This document shows positions 9,248 through 18,057 of a DNA stretch of 64,000 nucleotides, piece after piece. Numbering within the stretch: the first letter of the stretch is position 1; the number at the start of each line of letters is the position of its first letter. The stretch is from Acidimicrobiia bacterium. GTDB taxonomy: Bacteria > Actinomycetota > Acidimicrobiia > UBA2766. The notes under the pieces were generated by a model, which made no database searches, was not told where the DNA came from, and saw nothing but the letters and a program-made list of their open reading frames with translations. The stretch covers positions 14,285 through 78,284 of the forward strand of contig JBCKKC010000002.1 of NCBI GenBank assembly GCA_038904395.1, read 5' to 3'. A program made the position numbers and the translations under genes.

Positions 9248-9339
9248 TTCATTTGAACCATTTCGCTAGCGAGTGAATCCAACACTCAAAAAGTAAACTG
9301 CCAGGGCCAGAGGTGAAAGTCTAACCTCATCGAGGCTTA

Positions 9340-9495
9340 GGGCCTGTCGGAGAATTACTTAGTCGTTTGCAACGGCCCGGATCGCCCCTCGCTGCGTTCC
9401 TCCTCCTCGAGTAGGCCTGCTACACATCGTCGTCGCGCCTTGCGAGGGACACCCCGGCCTCGCCGCAAACGCGCTACTAATTCTCCGACAGGCCC
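9340..9495. repeat. Family-B palindromic element flanked by TTA on both sides
   Basis: The termini are GGGCCTGTCGGAGAATTACTTAGTCGTTTGC and GCAAACGCGCTACTAATTCTCCGACAGGCCC. TTA lies at 9337-9339 and again at 9496-9498. The copy is nearly identical to the one at 61883-62038 and sits immediately 3' of tRNA-Ala. Confidence 0.8.
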
Positions 9496-9501
9496 TTACC
9501 G

Positions 9502-9574
9502 TGGAGATGAGGGGATTCGAACCCCTGACCCCCGGCTTGCAAAGCCGGTGCTCTACCAACTGAGCTACATCCCC
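9502..9574 (-). tRNA. tRNA-Ala (anticodon UGC)
   Basis: The reverse complement reads GGGGATGTAGCTCAGTTGGTAGAGCACCGGCTTTGCAAGCCGGGGGTCAGGGGTTCGAATCCCCTCATCTCCA. It folds as a cloverleaf with anticodon loop TTTGCAA and the G3:U70 identity pair. CCA is not encoded. Confidence 0.9.
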
Positions 9575-9766
9575 AAATCAAACTGCCCGCATCGCTACGC
9601 TATTTCTTGCCACTGATTCGCTCTCGGTGGTCTTCGGCCTCGACACTGGGCCCTCAGTAGAATTACAGCGATGCCGACACAAACAAGCGCTCCCACCGCA
9701 ACACCAGCCCGTAGTAAGTACTTGCTCACATGCCACCAACTTGTTCTCATCGCAACGAGCAGCGCG

Positions 9767-9840
9767 TGGGGCTACCTGGATTCGAACCAGGGACCTCATC
9801 CTTATCAGGGATGCGCTCTAACCAACTGAGCTATAGCCCC
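9767..9840 (-). tRNA. tRNA-Ile (anticodon GAU)
   Basis: The reverse complement reads GGGGCTATAGCTCAGTTGGTTAGAGCGCATCCCTGATAAGGATGAGGTCCCTGGTTCGAATCCAGGTAGCCCCA. The anticodon loop is CTGATAA and the T-arm is GGTTCGAATCC. Confidence 0.9.
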
Positions 9841-9867
9841 GAGAGGACGTCCACGATACCACACCAT

Positions 9868-9901
9868 AATGGCCCGCTATGGAATAACATAGCGGGCCAT
9901 T
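9868..9901 (-). terminator. Perfect 14-bp stem hairpin downstream of the DUF3566 gene
   Basis: The hairpin is AATGGCCCGCTATG / loop GAATAA / CATAGCGGGCCATT. No clear U-tract follows on the minus strand, so terminator function is inferred from position only. Confidence 0.45.
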
Positions 9902-9956
9902 AGCCCGAACTCCCCCGAGATGTTGCGAGTAGAAGAGCCAAGAATCGCACTGGGCT

Positions 9957-10598
9957 TTAGCTGGTTTCCTTGAATTCAGTGGTGGCAATTTCGGCTGTAA
10001 TAGTTTCATTGGTCACAGCGCCGACACCGCTAGGATGGAGTTGATCACCGAGGGACGCCGAAGCACTACTCACGGAGGTCTCGGCATTTGTCACTGCAGG
10101 GGGCGGTACATCTGGCTTCAGCCGGGCGCCAATCTTTTGACCCGAGGTCTTAATCGCCCCTACAGTGCGTCTGGCAATCAACCTGCGCCCCTGGGGGGCC
10201 ACTGACAACACGGTGCCTGTCTCAAATGCGAACCCGCCCACCATATCGGCAATCAAATTGTAGAGCAGCGCCAGCAACGTAGATACGCCAGTCAAAGCAA
10301 CAATAAACAGAGCATCGGCAATGAGTGCCACCTTCAACATGGAACCGGGCCGAAGTTTAAACGAGCCTGACACGAAGCTACTTATCAGGCGCTCGAATTT
10401 AGCCATCCAACCCAACGCAGCCAAGAAATTCCAAAAGATGACCGCTGCGACTAGCCAGATCAGGCCGCAAATTAGAAAAAATACAAATGTGACTTTGACG
10501 ACTGACCAAAGGTCGATATGACGCACAACACGCTTGTTTGACACCTGTGTTCCCGACATCTCGGACGCACCCGGACCCTTCACGACGACATTAGTCAT
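9957..10598 (-). CDS. DUF3566-type transmembrane protein (Rv0007-like, conserved next to gyrA)
   Basis: The motif VRHIDLWSVVKVTFVFFLICGLIWLVAAVIFWNFL and two further TM helices are typical of the actinobacterial gene that follows gyrA, tRNA-Ile and tRNA-Ala. Confidence 0.75.
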   Translation of the reverse strand: MTNVVVKGPGASEMSGTQVSNKRVVRHIDLWSVVKVTFVFFLICGLIWLVAAVIFWNFLAALGWMAKFERLISSFVSGSFKLRPGSMLKVALIADALFIVALTGVSTLLALLYNLIADMVGGFAFETGTVLSVAPQGRRLIARRTVGAIKTSGQKIGARLKPDVPPPAVTNAETSVSSASASLGDQLHPSGVGAVTNETITAEIATTEFKETS

Positions 10599-10692
10599 AG
10601 TTTACTCCATGCCAAATCGACCATGTTCCACACCCAGTAGGCTAGTTTGGCACTAGCGGACCACACCGACGAAAAGGCAGACAACGTGTGTA

Positions 10693-11529
10693 GTGCATCC
10701 GGGGAGTAAATGCGTATTTCGCTTCGGAATCGCTGGCAAGTTAGGGGAACAAGCCGTGAAACGTGACCGAATCATCAGCCTCGTAGGTGTCGTTCTAATG
10801 GTGATAGCGCTCACTCCGTTGCTGTCATGGATAAAGAATGCTGCACAGGTGTTTCCTTCTGCTCCAGGCGATAGCTTGTGGACATTTCAGATCCCGAGCG
10901 GCTTTCTCTTGAGTGGCGCCAACTCCGGCAGTGGGAGCCAGCCTGCATTACTGGCCTTAGCCGCGATCATACCGATCGGGCTGCTCGTGTGGATGCTTCT
11001 GCCACCCTTGTGGCGGCGCATTCTATTCATTGCGTGGGGTGTTCTGGGACTAATACTGTGCCTCGACGTCTACCTGCAGATGGGATCGGCTATTAAGGCG
11101 GCTCACGTTTCATCCTCGGCCTTCCACTTCTTAGGCTACGGCTGGATGCTTTTTGCGCTCGGTTCAGTCGGTGCCGTTGTCGCCGGAATCTTAGTACCCG
11201 CGGAAAAGAAGGGGTCCGCCGCTGCGTTTGAGACTCCCACGGCCTCAGCACCCCCTAGCCCCGTTGTGCCATCCAAAGCAGCGCCACTCTCAGCCCCGCC
11301 TCCAACGGCTCCAGCCCCGCCTCCCTCTGCTCCAGCCCCGCCTCCCTCTGCACCAGCGCTGGTGCCTCCGGCGGCACCAGCGCCAGCTCCACCTTCACCG
11401 CAACCCTTCCAGCCTCCGCCTCAACCCGCTCCTCCACCACCTCCACCACCTCAGCCCCAGCCTGCACCACCTCCAACGCCGACCCCTCCGCCCGCACCAG
11501 GCAAGCACAAACACGATTGGCCCGGATAG
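10693..11529 (+). CDS. Hypothetical polytopic membrane protein with proline-rich C-terminal tail
   Basis: Several TM helices are followed by about 90 aa of PAPPP-type low complexity. The tail includes a perfect 21-bp tandem duplication. The true start is probably downstream of 10693. Confidence 0.55.
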   Translation: MHPGSKCVFRFGIAGKLGEQAVKRDRIISLVGVVLMVIALTPLLSWIKNAAQVFPSAPGDSLWTFQIPSGFLLSGANSGSGSQPALLALAAIIPIGLLVWMLLPPLWRRILFIAWGVLGLILCLDVYLQMGSAIKAAHVSSSAFHFLGYGWMLFALGSVGAVVAGILVPAEKKGSAAAFETPTASAPPSPVVPSKAAPLSAPPPTAPAPPPSAPAPPPSAPALVPPAAPAPAPPSPQPFQPPPQPAPPPPPPPQPQPAPPPTPTPPPAPGKHKHDWPG

Positions 11530-11567
11530 GTCTGCCGACCAACAGAAAAAGCAGCCTCGACAGCACA

Positions 11568-11611
11568 GAAGCCCCCTTTCTGATCAAGATTCTGATCAGA
11601 AAGGGGGCTTC
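11568..11611. terminator. Bidirectional hairpin terminator between the Pro-rich membrane gene and gyrA
   Basis: A 19-bp perfect stem pairs GAAGCCCCCTTTCTGATCA (11568-11586) with TGATCAGAAAGGGGGCTTC (11593-11611). It lies in a convergent intergenic region. Confidence 0.7.
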
Positions 11612-11691
11612 GTTAGGTCAGAGGGGATTCGGATAGAGCTGTCAAGGACCCCAGGAATTTCCCGGAAAATTCCGAAAAAAGAGGGCGGACG

Positions 11692-14199
11692 CTACTCTTC
11701 GATTTCTATTTCAATCTCGATTTCGACTGATTCACAGGCGACAGCAGTGATGTGTTCACCAGATGTCAGAGCTATCATCTTTACACCAGTTGCGGAGCGC
11801 CCTTGTCGACTAACACCACTAGAATCCTGGCGAATCATAACGCCTGAGCTGTTCATGAGAATGACTCTGTCACTTTCCTCAACAACAAGCGCTGCAACGA
11901 TTTGGCCCTTGTTCTGCGGCAATTTCATCGCTACCAGCCCGAGGCCGCCCCGCCCTTGAGGGCGAAAGTCGGTCACTGGTGTCCGCTTACCAAAGCCAAA
12001 GTCGGTCACCATCAGGACATCGAGACCATCTCTGGCCACTGCTGCCGACACGACCTCATCGCCGGTGCGCAGGGCTATGCCCCTCACTCCCCCAGCGCTG
12101 CGTCCCATCGCTCTCACATCAGACTCGGCGAAACGTATTCCCATGCCCTTGCGAGTCACGATCATTGCGTCTTCGTCACCAGACGTGGTTAGAACACTGA
12201 CTAACTCATCATCGTCCCGCAATCGAATGGCAATGATTCCATCACGTCGTGACGAATCATATTCCTGAAACTTTGTCTTCTTGACAACGCCAGCCTTCGT
12301 CACCATTACCAGATACCGCATGGTCTCGTAGTCACGGGCATCGATTATCGCTTGGATTCTCTCACCACTCGACACGGGCAAAAACTGACCGAGGGCAGCG
12401 CCTTTAGCCGTCCGATCCCGGATCGGAATTTCGTGCGCCTTGATCCGGTAGACCTTGCCCCGGTTCGAGAAGAACAGCAAATAGGAGTGGGCCGTGGTCG
12501 CAAGCACATGCTCGACGTAGTCGCCATCGCGCAACTTGCCGCCGGTCACGCCTCGACCGCCCCGACTCTGGGTCCGGACTGCTTCCTGGGCGACAGCCTT
12601 GATGAAGCCATTGCGAGTCAGTGTGACAACTACTTCTTCGTCGTCTATCAGATCTTCGATATCAAACTCACCAGCATCAGAGATGATCTCGCTACGACGA
12701 GCATCACCGAAACGCTCTTTGGCATCCGTCAGCTCATCTTTGACCACACCACGCAACTTTTCGGGATTGGCCAAAATCGATTCCAATTCAGCAATGGTCT
12801 CAGCCAATTGCGCTAACTCTTCACGGAGCTTGGTCATTTCCAGAGACGTGAGGCGCCGAAGCGGCATGTCAAGTATGTGATTGGCCTGAATTTCACTTAC
12901 GCCAATTTGTTCCATAAGTGACGTGCGGGCGGCATCAACATCGCTGGATGCTCGAATGATCGCAACCACTTCATCGATACGATCAAGAGCAATGAGCAGA
13001 CCCTCAACGATGTGCGCCCTCGCTTGAGCCTTCGCTAAGCGGAAATTGGTGCGGCGCTCGATAACCTCGATCTGGTGCGCAACATAGTGCGACACCAGCT
13101 CACCCAGCGACAGTGTTCGAGGGACACCGTCGACAAGCGCCACCACATTGGCACCGAAAGTGTCTTGAAGCTGCGTGTGCTTGTAGAGGTTGTTAAGCAC
13201 AACATGTGCATTTGCGTCACGTCGCAATTCGACGATCAAACGTGGACCATCTTTGTCAGAATGGTCCGCAACATTAGCGATCCCGTCAATCTTGCCGTCG
13301 CGTACAAGGTCTGCGATACGTTCAGCAGTTCGCTGCAGCGAAGCCTGGTAGGGCAGCTCTGTGGCGATAATTCGCTGACGACCGGACTTGAGCTCAACAA
13401 TCTCGGTCCGAGCCCGAACCTTAATCGAACCCCGACCTGTCATGTAAGCATCGCGAATACCGCTCCTACCCACGATCAATCCGCCTGTCGGAAAGTCGGG
13501 CCCCTTCACAAATCGCATCAAATCTTCTGATTGCGCCTCAGGGTTGTCGATCGCATAAATGACTGCATCAACGACTTCCGTTAGGTTGTGCGGAGGAATA
13601 TTCGTTGCCATACCAACGGCAATACCAGAAGATCCATTCACTAAAAGATTCGGAAACCTACTCGGAAGCACAACTGGCTCTTTGTGCTGGCCGTCATAGT
13701 TCTCAACGAAGTCAACAGTGTCTTCATCAATCCCTTCCAGCATCCGCATAGCGAGATCGTTGAGGCGGGCCTCTGTATAACGCATGGCAGCGGCAGGAAA
13801 GTCGATCGAACCCCAGTTTCCCTTTGGGTCTATGAGCGGATGACGCATGGCAAAATCTTGGGCCATACGAACCAAGGCATCATAAATGGCCGAGTCGCCG
13901 TGGGGGTGGTAGCGAGCCATAACGAGGCCAACAGCGTTCGCGCTCTTTTGCCTCTGACGATCCGGACGCATGCCGCTTTCGAACATCCCGTACAAAATGC
14001 GCCTGTGCACAGGCTTGAGTCCATCACGCACGTCAGGCAAAGCTCGAGACACGATCACCGACATGGAGTATTCCATGAAGGAGCTTTTCATCTCTTCTTC
14101 AATGTCGATAGGCACAATGCCTCTGGGTAGCTCTTGTGACTCCAGAGGAGGCGTAGGTGGAATGGGTGGTTGAGGGGGTGGTTGCATGGAATCTGTCAT
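11692..14199 (-). CDS. gyrA: DNA gyrase subunit A
   Basis: The protein shows full-length GyrA similarity, including RALPDVRDGLKPVHRRILY, the active-site AAMRYTE and C-terminal beta-pinwheel repeats. It ends in an (EI)n acidic tail, SVEIEIEIEIEE. Confidence 0.95.
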   Translation of the reverse strand: MTDSMQPPPQPPIPPTPPLESQELPRGIVPIDIEEEMKSSFMEYSMSVIVSRALPDVRDGLKPVHRRILYGMFESGMRPDRQRQKSANAVGLVMARYHPHGDSAIYDALVRMAQDFAMRHPLIDPKGNWGSIDFPAAAMRYTEARLNDLAMRMLEGIDEDTVDFVENYDGQHKEPVVLPSRFPNLLVNGSSGIAVGMATNIPPHNLTEVVDAVIYAIDNPEAQSEDLMRFVKGPDFPTGGLIVGRSGIRDAYMTGRGSIKVRARTEIVELKSGRQRIIATELPYQASLQRTAERIADLVRDGKIDGIANVADHSDKDGPRLIVELRRDANAHVVLNNLYKHTQLQDTFGANVVALVDGVPRTLSLGELVSHYVAHQIEVIERRTNFRLAKAQARAHIVEGLLIALDRIDEVVAIIRASSDVDAARTSLMEQIGVSEIQANHILDMPLRRLTSLEMTKLREELAQLAETIAELESILANPEKLRGVVKDELTDAKERFGDARRSEIISDAGEFDIEDLIDDEEVVVTLTRNGFIKAVAQEAVRTQSRGGRGVTGGKLRDGDYVEHVLATTAHSYLLFFSNRGKVYRIKAHEIPIRDRTAKGAALGQFLPVSSGERIQAIIDARDYETMRYLVMVTKAGVVKKTKFQEYDSSRRDGIIAIRLRDDDELVSVLTTSGDEDAMIVTRKGMGIRFAESDVRAMGRSAGGVRGIALRTGDEVVSAAVARDGLDVLMVTDFGFGKRTPVTDFRPQGRGGLGLVAMKLPQNKGQIVAALVVEESDRVILMNSSGVMIRQDSSGVSRQGRSATGVKMIALTSGEHITAVACESVEIEIEIEIEE

Positions 14200-14205
14200 A
14201 TCACA

Positions 14206-16236
14206 TCAAATATCCAAGAATCGGACGTCACTAGCGTTGGCACGAATGAACTCTTTTCTCACTTCAACATCGTCACCCATCAAGGTGGAGAAGATTTCGT
14301 CAGCGATTGCCGCATCATCAATCGTCACTTTTCGCAAAACCCTTGTTTCAGGATTCATAGTTGTCGACCACAGCTCTTCATAGTCCATCTCGCCCAGACC
14401 TTTGTATCGCTGAGCAGAAGGTAACTTCCTGTCAGCATGTTCGCCACGGAGCACCTCAAGCTCACGATCGCTGAAGAGATAGTGGATGTTGCGATCAATT
14501 CGTTGAGCAAACAGTGGCGGCTGGGCAGAATAAACGTAGCCAGCTTCAACAATTTGGGGCATGTAGCGGAAGAAAAATGTGAGTAAAAGTGTGCGGATGT
14601 GGGACCCGTCAACATCAGCATCGGCAAGGGTGATGATCTTGTGGTAGCGCACCTTGGACAAATCGAAGTCTTCGCCAATTCCAGCCCCGATCGCCGAGAT
14701 AAGCGACCGAACTTCGTTGTTGGCGAGGACCTTGTCGAGGCGTGATTTTTCGACGTTGAGAATCTTTCCCCTGATAGGCAAGATTGCCTGAATATCGCGC
14801 ACCCTTGCCTTGACTGCGGAACCACCCGCCGAATTACCCTCAACAATAAAAATTTCGCACTCATCAGCAACTGTCGATGTGCAATCAACCAGTTTACCCG
14901 GCAGCCCTCCGGCGTCCATAAGGCCCTTGCGGCGAGTAAGCTCACGTGCCTTACGGGCAGCTAGGCGACTTTGAGTCGCTAACTTACATTTCTCGATAAT
15001 GAGTTTTGCTTCACCCGGATGTGCTTCAAGCCAGTCCCCCAACAGTGAATTCATTGTGGTCTGGACAAAGCTTTTCATTTCGGTGTTGCCAAGCTTTGTC
15101 TTTGTCTGTCCCTCAAATTGTGGATTGGACAACTTCACGGACAAAATACCTGTCAAACCCTCTCGACAGTCTTCACCGGCAAAGTTCTCATCTTTAGGCT
15201 TCACCAAATTCGCTGCCTGAGAATATCGATTTATCGTGTTAGTCAGGGCCGCTCTGAAGCCCTCTTCATGCGTCCCACCCTCGTGCGTATTAATCGTGTT
15301 GGCGAAACTGAAAACTGACTCTTGATAAGTATGGTTCCACTGAAGCGCTATCTCGAGCTCTGCGATACCAGCACCGTCAAAGTCTTCCCGCTTGCCGGAA
15401 AGATAAATCATTGAAGATATGAGAGGCTCTTTTTTCGCATTTAGATGCTTAACAAAGTCTTGGATACCTCCTTCAAAATAGAAGTCGAAGACAGCTGGGG
15501 CTTCATCGTCAATTGTGGGACGCTCATCGACAAAGCGTAAACGAACGCCTCTGTTGAGGAAAGCAAGCTCACGTATTCGCCTTACCAAAATGTCGGAATC
15601 GTATTTCGTCGTCTCGAAGATTGTGTCATCAGGCCAGAATGTAACAGTCGTGCCGGTCAGATCAGTATCACCGACTCGTTGCAAAGGACCTGTCGAATGG
15701 CCACCATTTGCAAATTCCTGCCTAAACTCTCCACCATCACGAGCAACCTCTACCAGTAACCGTGATGACAAGGCATTGACAACTGAAACTCCCACACCAT
15801 GTAGTCCACCAGACACAGCATAGCTACCGCCACCAAACTTGCCACCCGCATGCAGAATCGTGAGAACTATCTCAACAGCACTGACACCGGGAAATTTCGG
15901 ATGCTCTTCTACAGGAATACCACGACCGTTGTCGCTGACTCGCACTCCACCATCGGCGAGAATCGTGACCTCAATCGTGTCGCAATATCCGGCCAACGCC
16001 TCGTCAATCGCGTTGTCGACGACCTCGTATACCAGGTGATGAAGCCCACGAGGGCCCGTGGATCCGATATACATGCCGGGCCGTTTGCGGACGGCTTCAA
16101 GACCCTCAATAACGTCAATATCGGAAGCTTCATAAAGGGATTTGTCGGGTGACTTTTCCGTGCCTTGTGCCTGCTTCGAGTTAGCCCCATCAGCGGCATC
16201 GGAGTCAGCTTCAGATCTTGTTTGAGAACCCGCCAT
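14206..16236 (-). CDS. gyrB: DNA gyrase subunit B
   Basis: GHKL ATPase, TOPRIM and tail motifs are present: GLEAVRKRPGMYIG, GLHGVG, EGDSAGG-like EGNSAGGS, and PLRGKILNVE-like PIRGKILNVE. The start is placed at the Met-24 ATG (16236). The ORF track start at 16305 is also possible. Confidence 0.93.
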   Translation of the reverse strand: MAGSQTRSEADSDAADGANSKQAQGTEKSPDKSLYEASDIDVIEGLEAVRKRPGMYIGSTGPRGLHHLVYEVVDNAIDEALAGYCDTIEVTILADGGVRVSDNGRGIPVEEHPKFPGVSAVEIVLTILHAGGKFGGGSYAVSGGLHGVGVSVVNALSSRLLVEVARDGGEFRQEFANGGHSTGPLQRVGDTDLTGTTVTFWPDDTIFETTKYDSDILVRRIRELAFLNRGVRLRFVDERPTIDDEAPAVFDFYFEGGIQDFVKHLNAKKEPLISSMIYLSGKREDFDGAGIAELEIALQWNHTYQESVFSFANTINTHEGGTHEEGFRAALTNTINRYSQAANLVKPKDENFAGEDCREGLTGILSVKLSNPQFEGQTKTKLGNTEMKSFVQTTMNSLLGDWLEAHPGEAKLIIEKCKLATQSRLAARKARELTRRKGLMDAGGLPGKLVDCTSTVADECEIFIVEGNSAGGSAVKARVRDIQAILPIRGKILNVEKSRLDKVLANNEVRSLISAIGAGIGEDFDLSKVRYHKIITLADADVDGSHIRTLLLTFFFRYMPQIVEAGYVYSAQPPLFAQRIDRNIHYLFSDRELEVLRGEHADRKLPSAQRYKGLGEMDYEELWSTTMNPETRVLRKVTIDDAAIADEIFSTLMGDDVEVRKEFIRANASDVRFLDI

Positions 16237-16440
16237 ATTTCTACTCACACCTAAAGTCTCTGGCGCCTTCAAAAAGGCACCCATGTTTGGCACCCGCCGC
16301 CCCAACCAAAAAAGAGTTAATCAAGCCCGCCATTGACAAGAAATTCGATTTAGTAGCCGCCGGCGAGATATCGCCTAGCGCCTCGATTACGTAAGGCTCA
16401 AGGATACCACAAGCACTCTAACGAAACGGGGCAAAACCCA

Positions 16441-16449
16441 TGTGGACAA
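16441..16449. promoter_or_regulatory. Isolated perfect DnaA box upstream of gyrB
   Basis: TGTGGACAA is the reverse complement of TTGTCCACA. It lies in the dciA-gyrB intergenic region. Confidence 0.35.
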
Positions 16450-16502
16450 AAGGAGAAGCCTCAACTCTTGTCAGCCACTAAGTGTGGGAAGCGGGCCCAT
16501 TC

Positions 16503-16823
16503 CTACAAGACCACAACGCCCTTGATGATGTCATCACCTAATGCCTCGTTGCATGTCAACCGAATCGCGTCGGTGGCATAGCGCAACCGAGTCGCACCTA
16601 CCGCATCAATGGCCCTGATCGTCAAGACACCGTCACGAATGCGGACAGGGGTACCCGAATCAGCAAGGTCTTTGCCAACCAGAGCCAGCCAAGGTTCTCT
16701 TGTGTCGAAACCGAGATCAAGAAAGACGTCAAAACCAGAGCTTCTTGTCCATCTTGTGATCAGGTCACCAAGAGCGACCAGGTCACGACGGCCCCGATAC
16801 GAATTCGAGCTCTCCTTAACCAC
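16503..16823 (-). CDS. dciA: DUF721 protein, DciA-type replicative helicase operator
   Basis: The 106-aa protein sits between recF and gyrB, as Rv0004 does. The DUF721-like pattern is W..LVG..LA..T.P..IRDGVLTI.A.....ATRLRY....I. Confidence 0.7.
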   Translation of the reverse strand: MVKESSNSYRGRRDLVALGDLITRWTRSSGFDVFLDLGFDTREPWLALVGKDLADSGTPVRIRDGVLTIRAIDAVGATRLRYATDAIRLTCNEALGDDIIKGVVVL

Positions 16824-16849
16824 TATCCCTCAGCTCCAAATGTAACTAT

Positions 16850-18046
16850 TCACTTACCACCGGCCTCGAGGCCAGGGGACCCGGGACTATCGTCAAATTG
16901 CATAGGGCCCGCGCCTCCCTCTGCCACAACAGATAGATCTCCAAACTCGCGTACGTGACTTACTAATAGCGCATCTTGCCCTGCTGTTCCAGTGGCTGAT
17001 ATCAAAGTTTGAGCTTTTGGGAGTCGTGATAGCAGAGCCATTCGTCGACTTTCATCTAGTTCAGACAAAACATCATCGAGTAAAAGAACGGGTTCCTCAC
17101 AAAGAATTCGCTCAAGAACTCGGAGTTGGGCCAGTTTAAGAGCGATAGCCAGCAAGCGCTGTTCGCCTTGAGATGCCCGTGTTCGAGCATCACGTTCGCC
17201 AATCGTAAGGTCAACATCGTCTCGGTGAACTCCTACAAGGGTCACACCACGGATCAGCTCGTCACTCAATCGCTGCTCCAAGGCATGTTTCAGTGCCGCC
17301 GACAAGTCGGGCTGGGAGATTTCTGGCGTTTCGGCCAGCATCGAATATTCAGAGCCTTCCCGAGATAGCCAGCTAGGCCAATAGCGCATAGAAACATCAT
17401 CGAGCGCAAGTTCTTTGGCGGCAAGTGTGAACTCGGGCGCAAGTAGTCTCACAGCTTGCATCCGCTCCATTGCCATCGACGTCGCCTTTTCAACCACTAG
17501 CTGCGTCCACGTGTCGAGAGCAGCTGACGCTCCAGTGGCACGACCCCGCAAAGAACGTAACAAGCTGTTGCGTTGGCGCAACACACGCTCCCATTCAGAA
17601 CGCACCTGCTGTGTTCGGGGGGCGAAAGACTGCATGGATTCGTCAATACAGTCTCTGCGTAAACCCGGTGCGCCTTTTATCAAATCAAGATCATCGGGCG
17701 AAAAAACGACTGTCCGGAGAAGGCCAAAGACGTCTTTACCCCTCTTGCGTTGCACACCATTGACTTCCATGAGACGACCGCCGCCGAGTGTCAGCGAAAT
17801 ACTAACATCACGATCCTGCCGGCTAAATTGCCCAGAAATCCGCGCTTTGTCTGACCCGAGCATCAACAGAGCATTGTCGTCGGACGCACGAAATGACCGA
17901 CCTGTGGAAAGCAAATATATTGCCTCTAGCAACGAAGTCTTACCGGCACCATTTGGCCCAGAAATTACAGTGACACCAGGGGCAAATTCAATCTCAGTCG
18001 AGCGATGATTGCGAAAGTTAATCAGCCCCAAACGCTTTATCTGCAC
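16850..18046 (-). CDS. recF: DNA replication and repair protein RecF
   Basis: RecF features include the N-terminal LINFRNH, Walker A GPNGAGKTSLLEA, the signature SQGEQR and Walker B LLLDDV. Confidence 0.93.
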   Translation of the reverse strand: MQIKRLGLINFRNHRSTEIEFAPGVTVISGPNGAGKTSLLEAIYLLSTGRSFRASDDNALLMLGSDKARISGQFSRQDRDVSISLTLGGGRLMEVNGVQRKRGKDVFGLLRTVVFSPDDLDLIKGAPGLRRDCIDESMQSFAPRTQQVRSEWERVLRQRNSLLRSLRGRATGASAALDTWTQLVVEKATSMAMERMQAVRLLAPEFTLAAKELALDDVSMRYWPSWLSREGSEYSMLAETPEISQPDLSAALKHALEQRLSDELIRGVTLVGVHRDDVDLTIGERDARTRASQGEQRLLAIALKLAQLRVLERILCEEPVLLLDDVLSELDESRRMALLSRLPKAQTLISATGTAGQDALLVSHVREFGDLSVVAEGGAGPMQFDDSPGSPGLEAGGK

Positions 18047-18057
18047 AGCTAGGGGCC

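Noticed and set aside
9575-9766. The 190-bp spacer between the two tRNAs as a possible ncRNA.
   Set aside because: I could find no conserved-looking structure, repeat or known RNA motif by eye, and nothing supports a call.
9502-9840. The tRNA-Ala/tRNA-Ile pair as a remnant of an rRNA operon spacer, or as an integration hotspot.
   Set aside because: No 16S or 23S sequence flanks them, and no integrase or att-like duplication of a tRNA 3' end is visible. A free-standing Ile/Ala tRNA pair after gyrA is a conserved actinobacterial arrangement. The adjacent repeat is the family-B element, not a tRNA fragment.
11692-11735. Short tandem repeats considered as possible CRISPR or satellite DNA. They include the (GAAATC/GAGATT)n run at the gyrA 3' end, the ACCACGACT run at the pknB 3' end and the Pro-rich repeats at 11280-11470.
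   Set aside because: All are in frame within coding sequence and encode an (EI)n acidic tail, poly-Thr and poly-Pro respectively. None has a repeat-spacer organisation.
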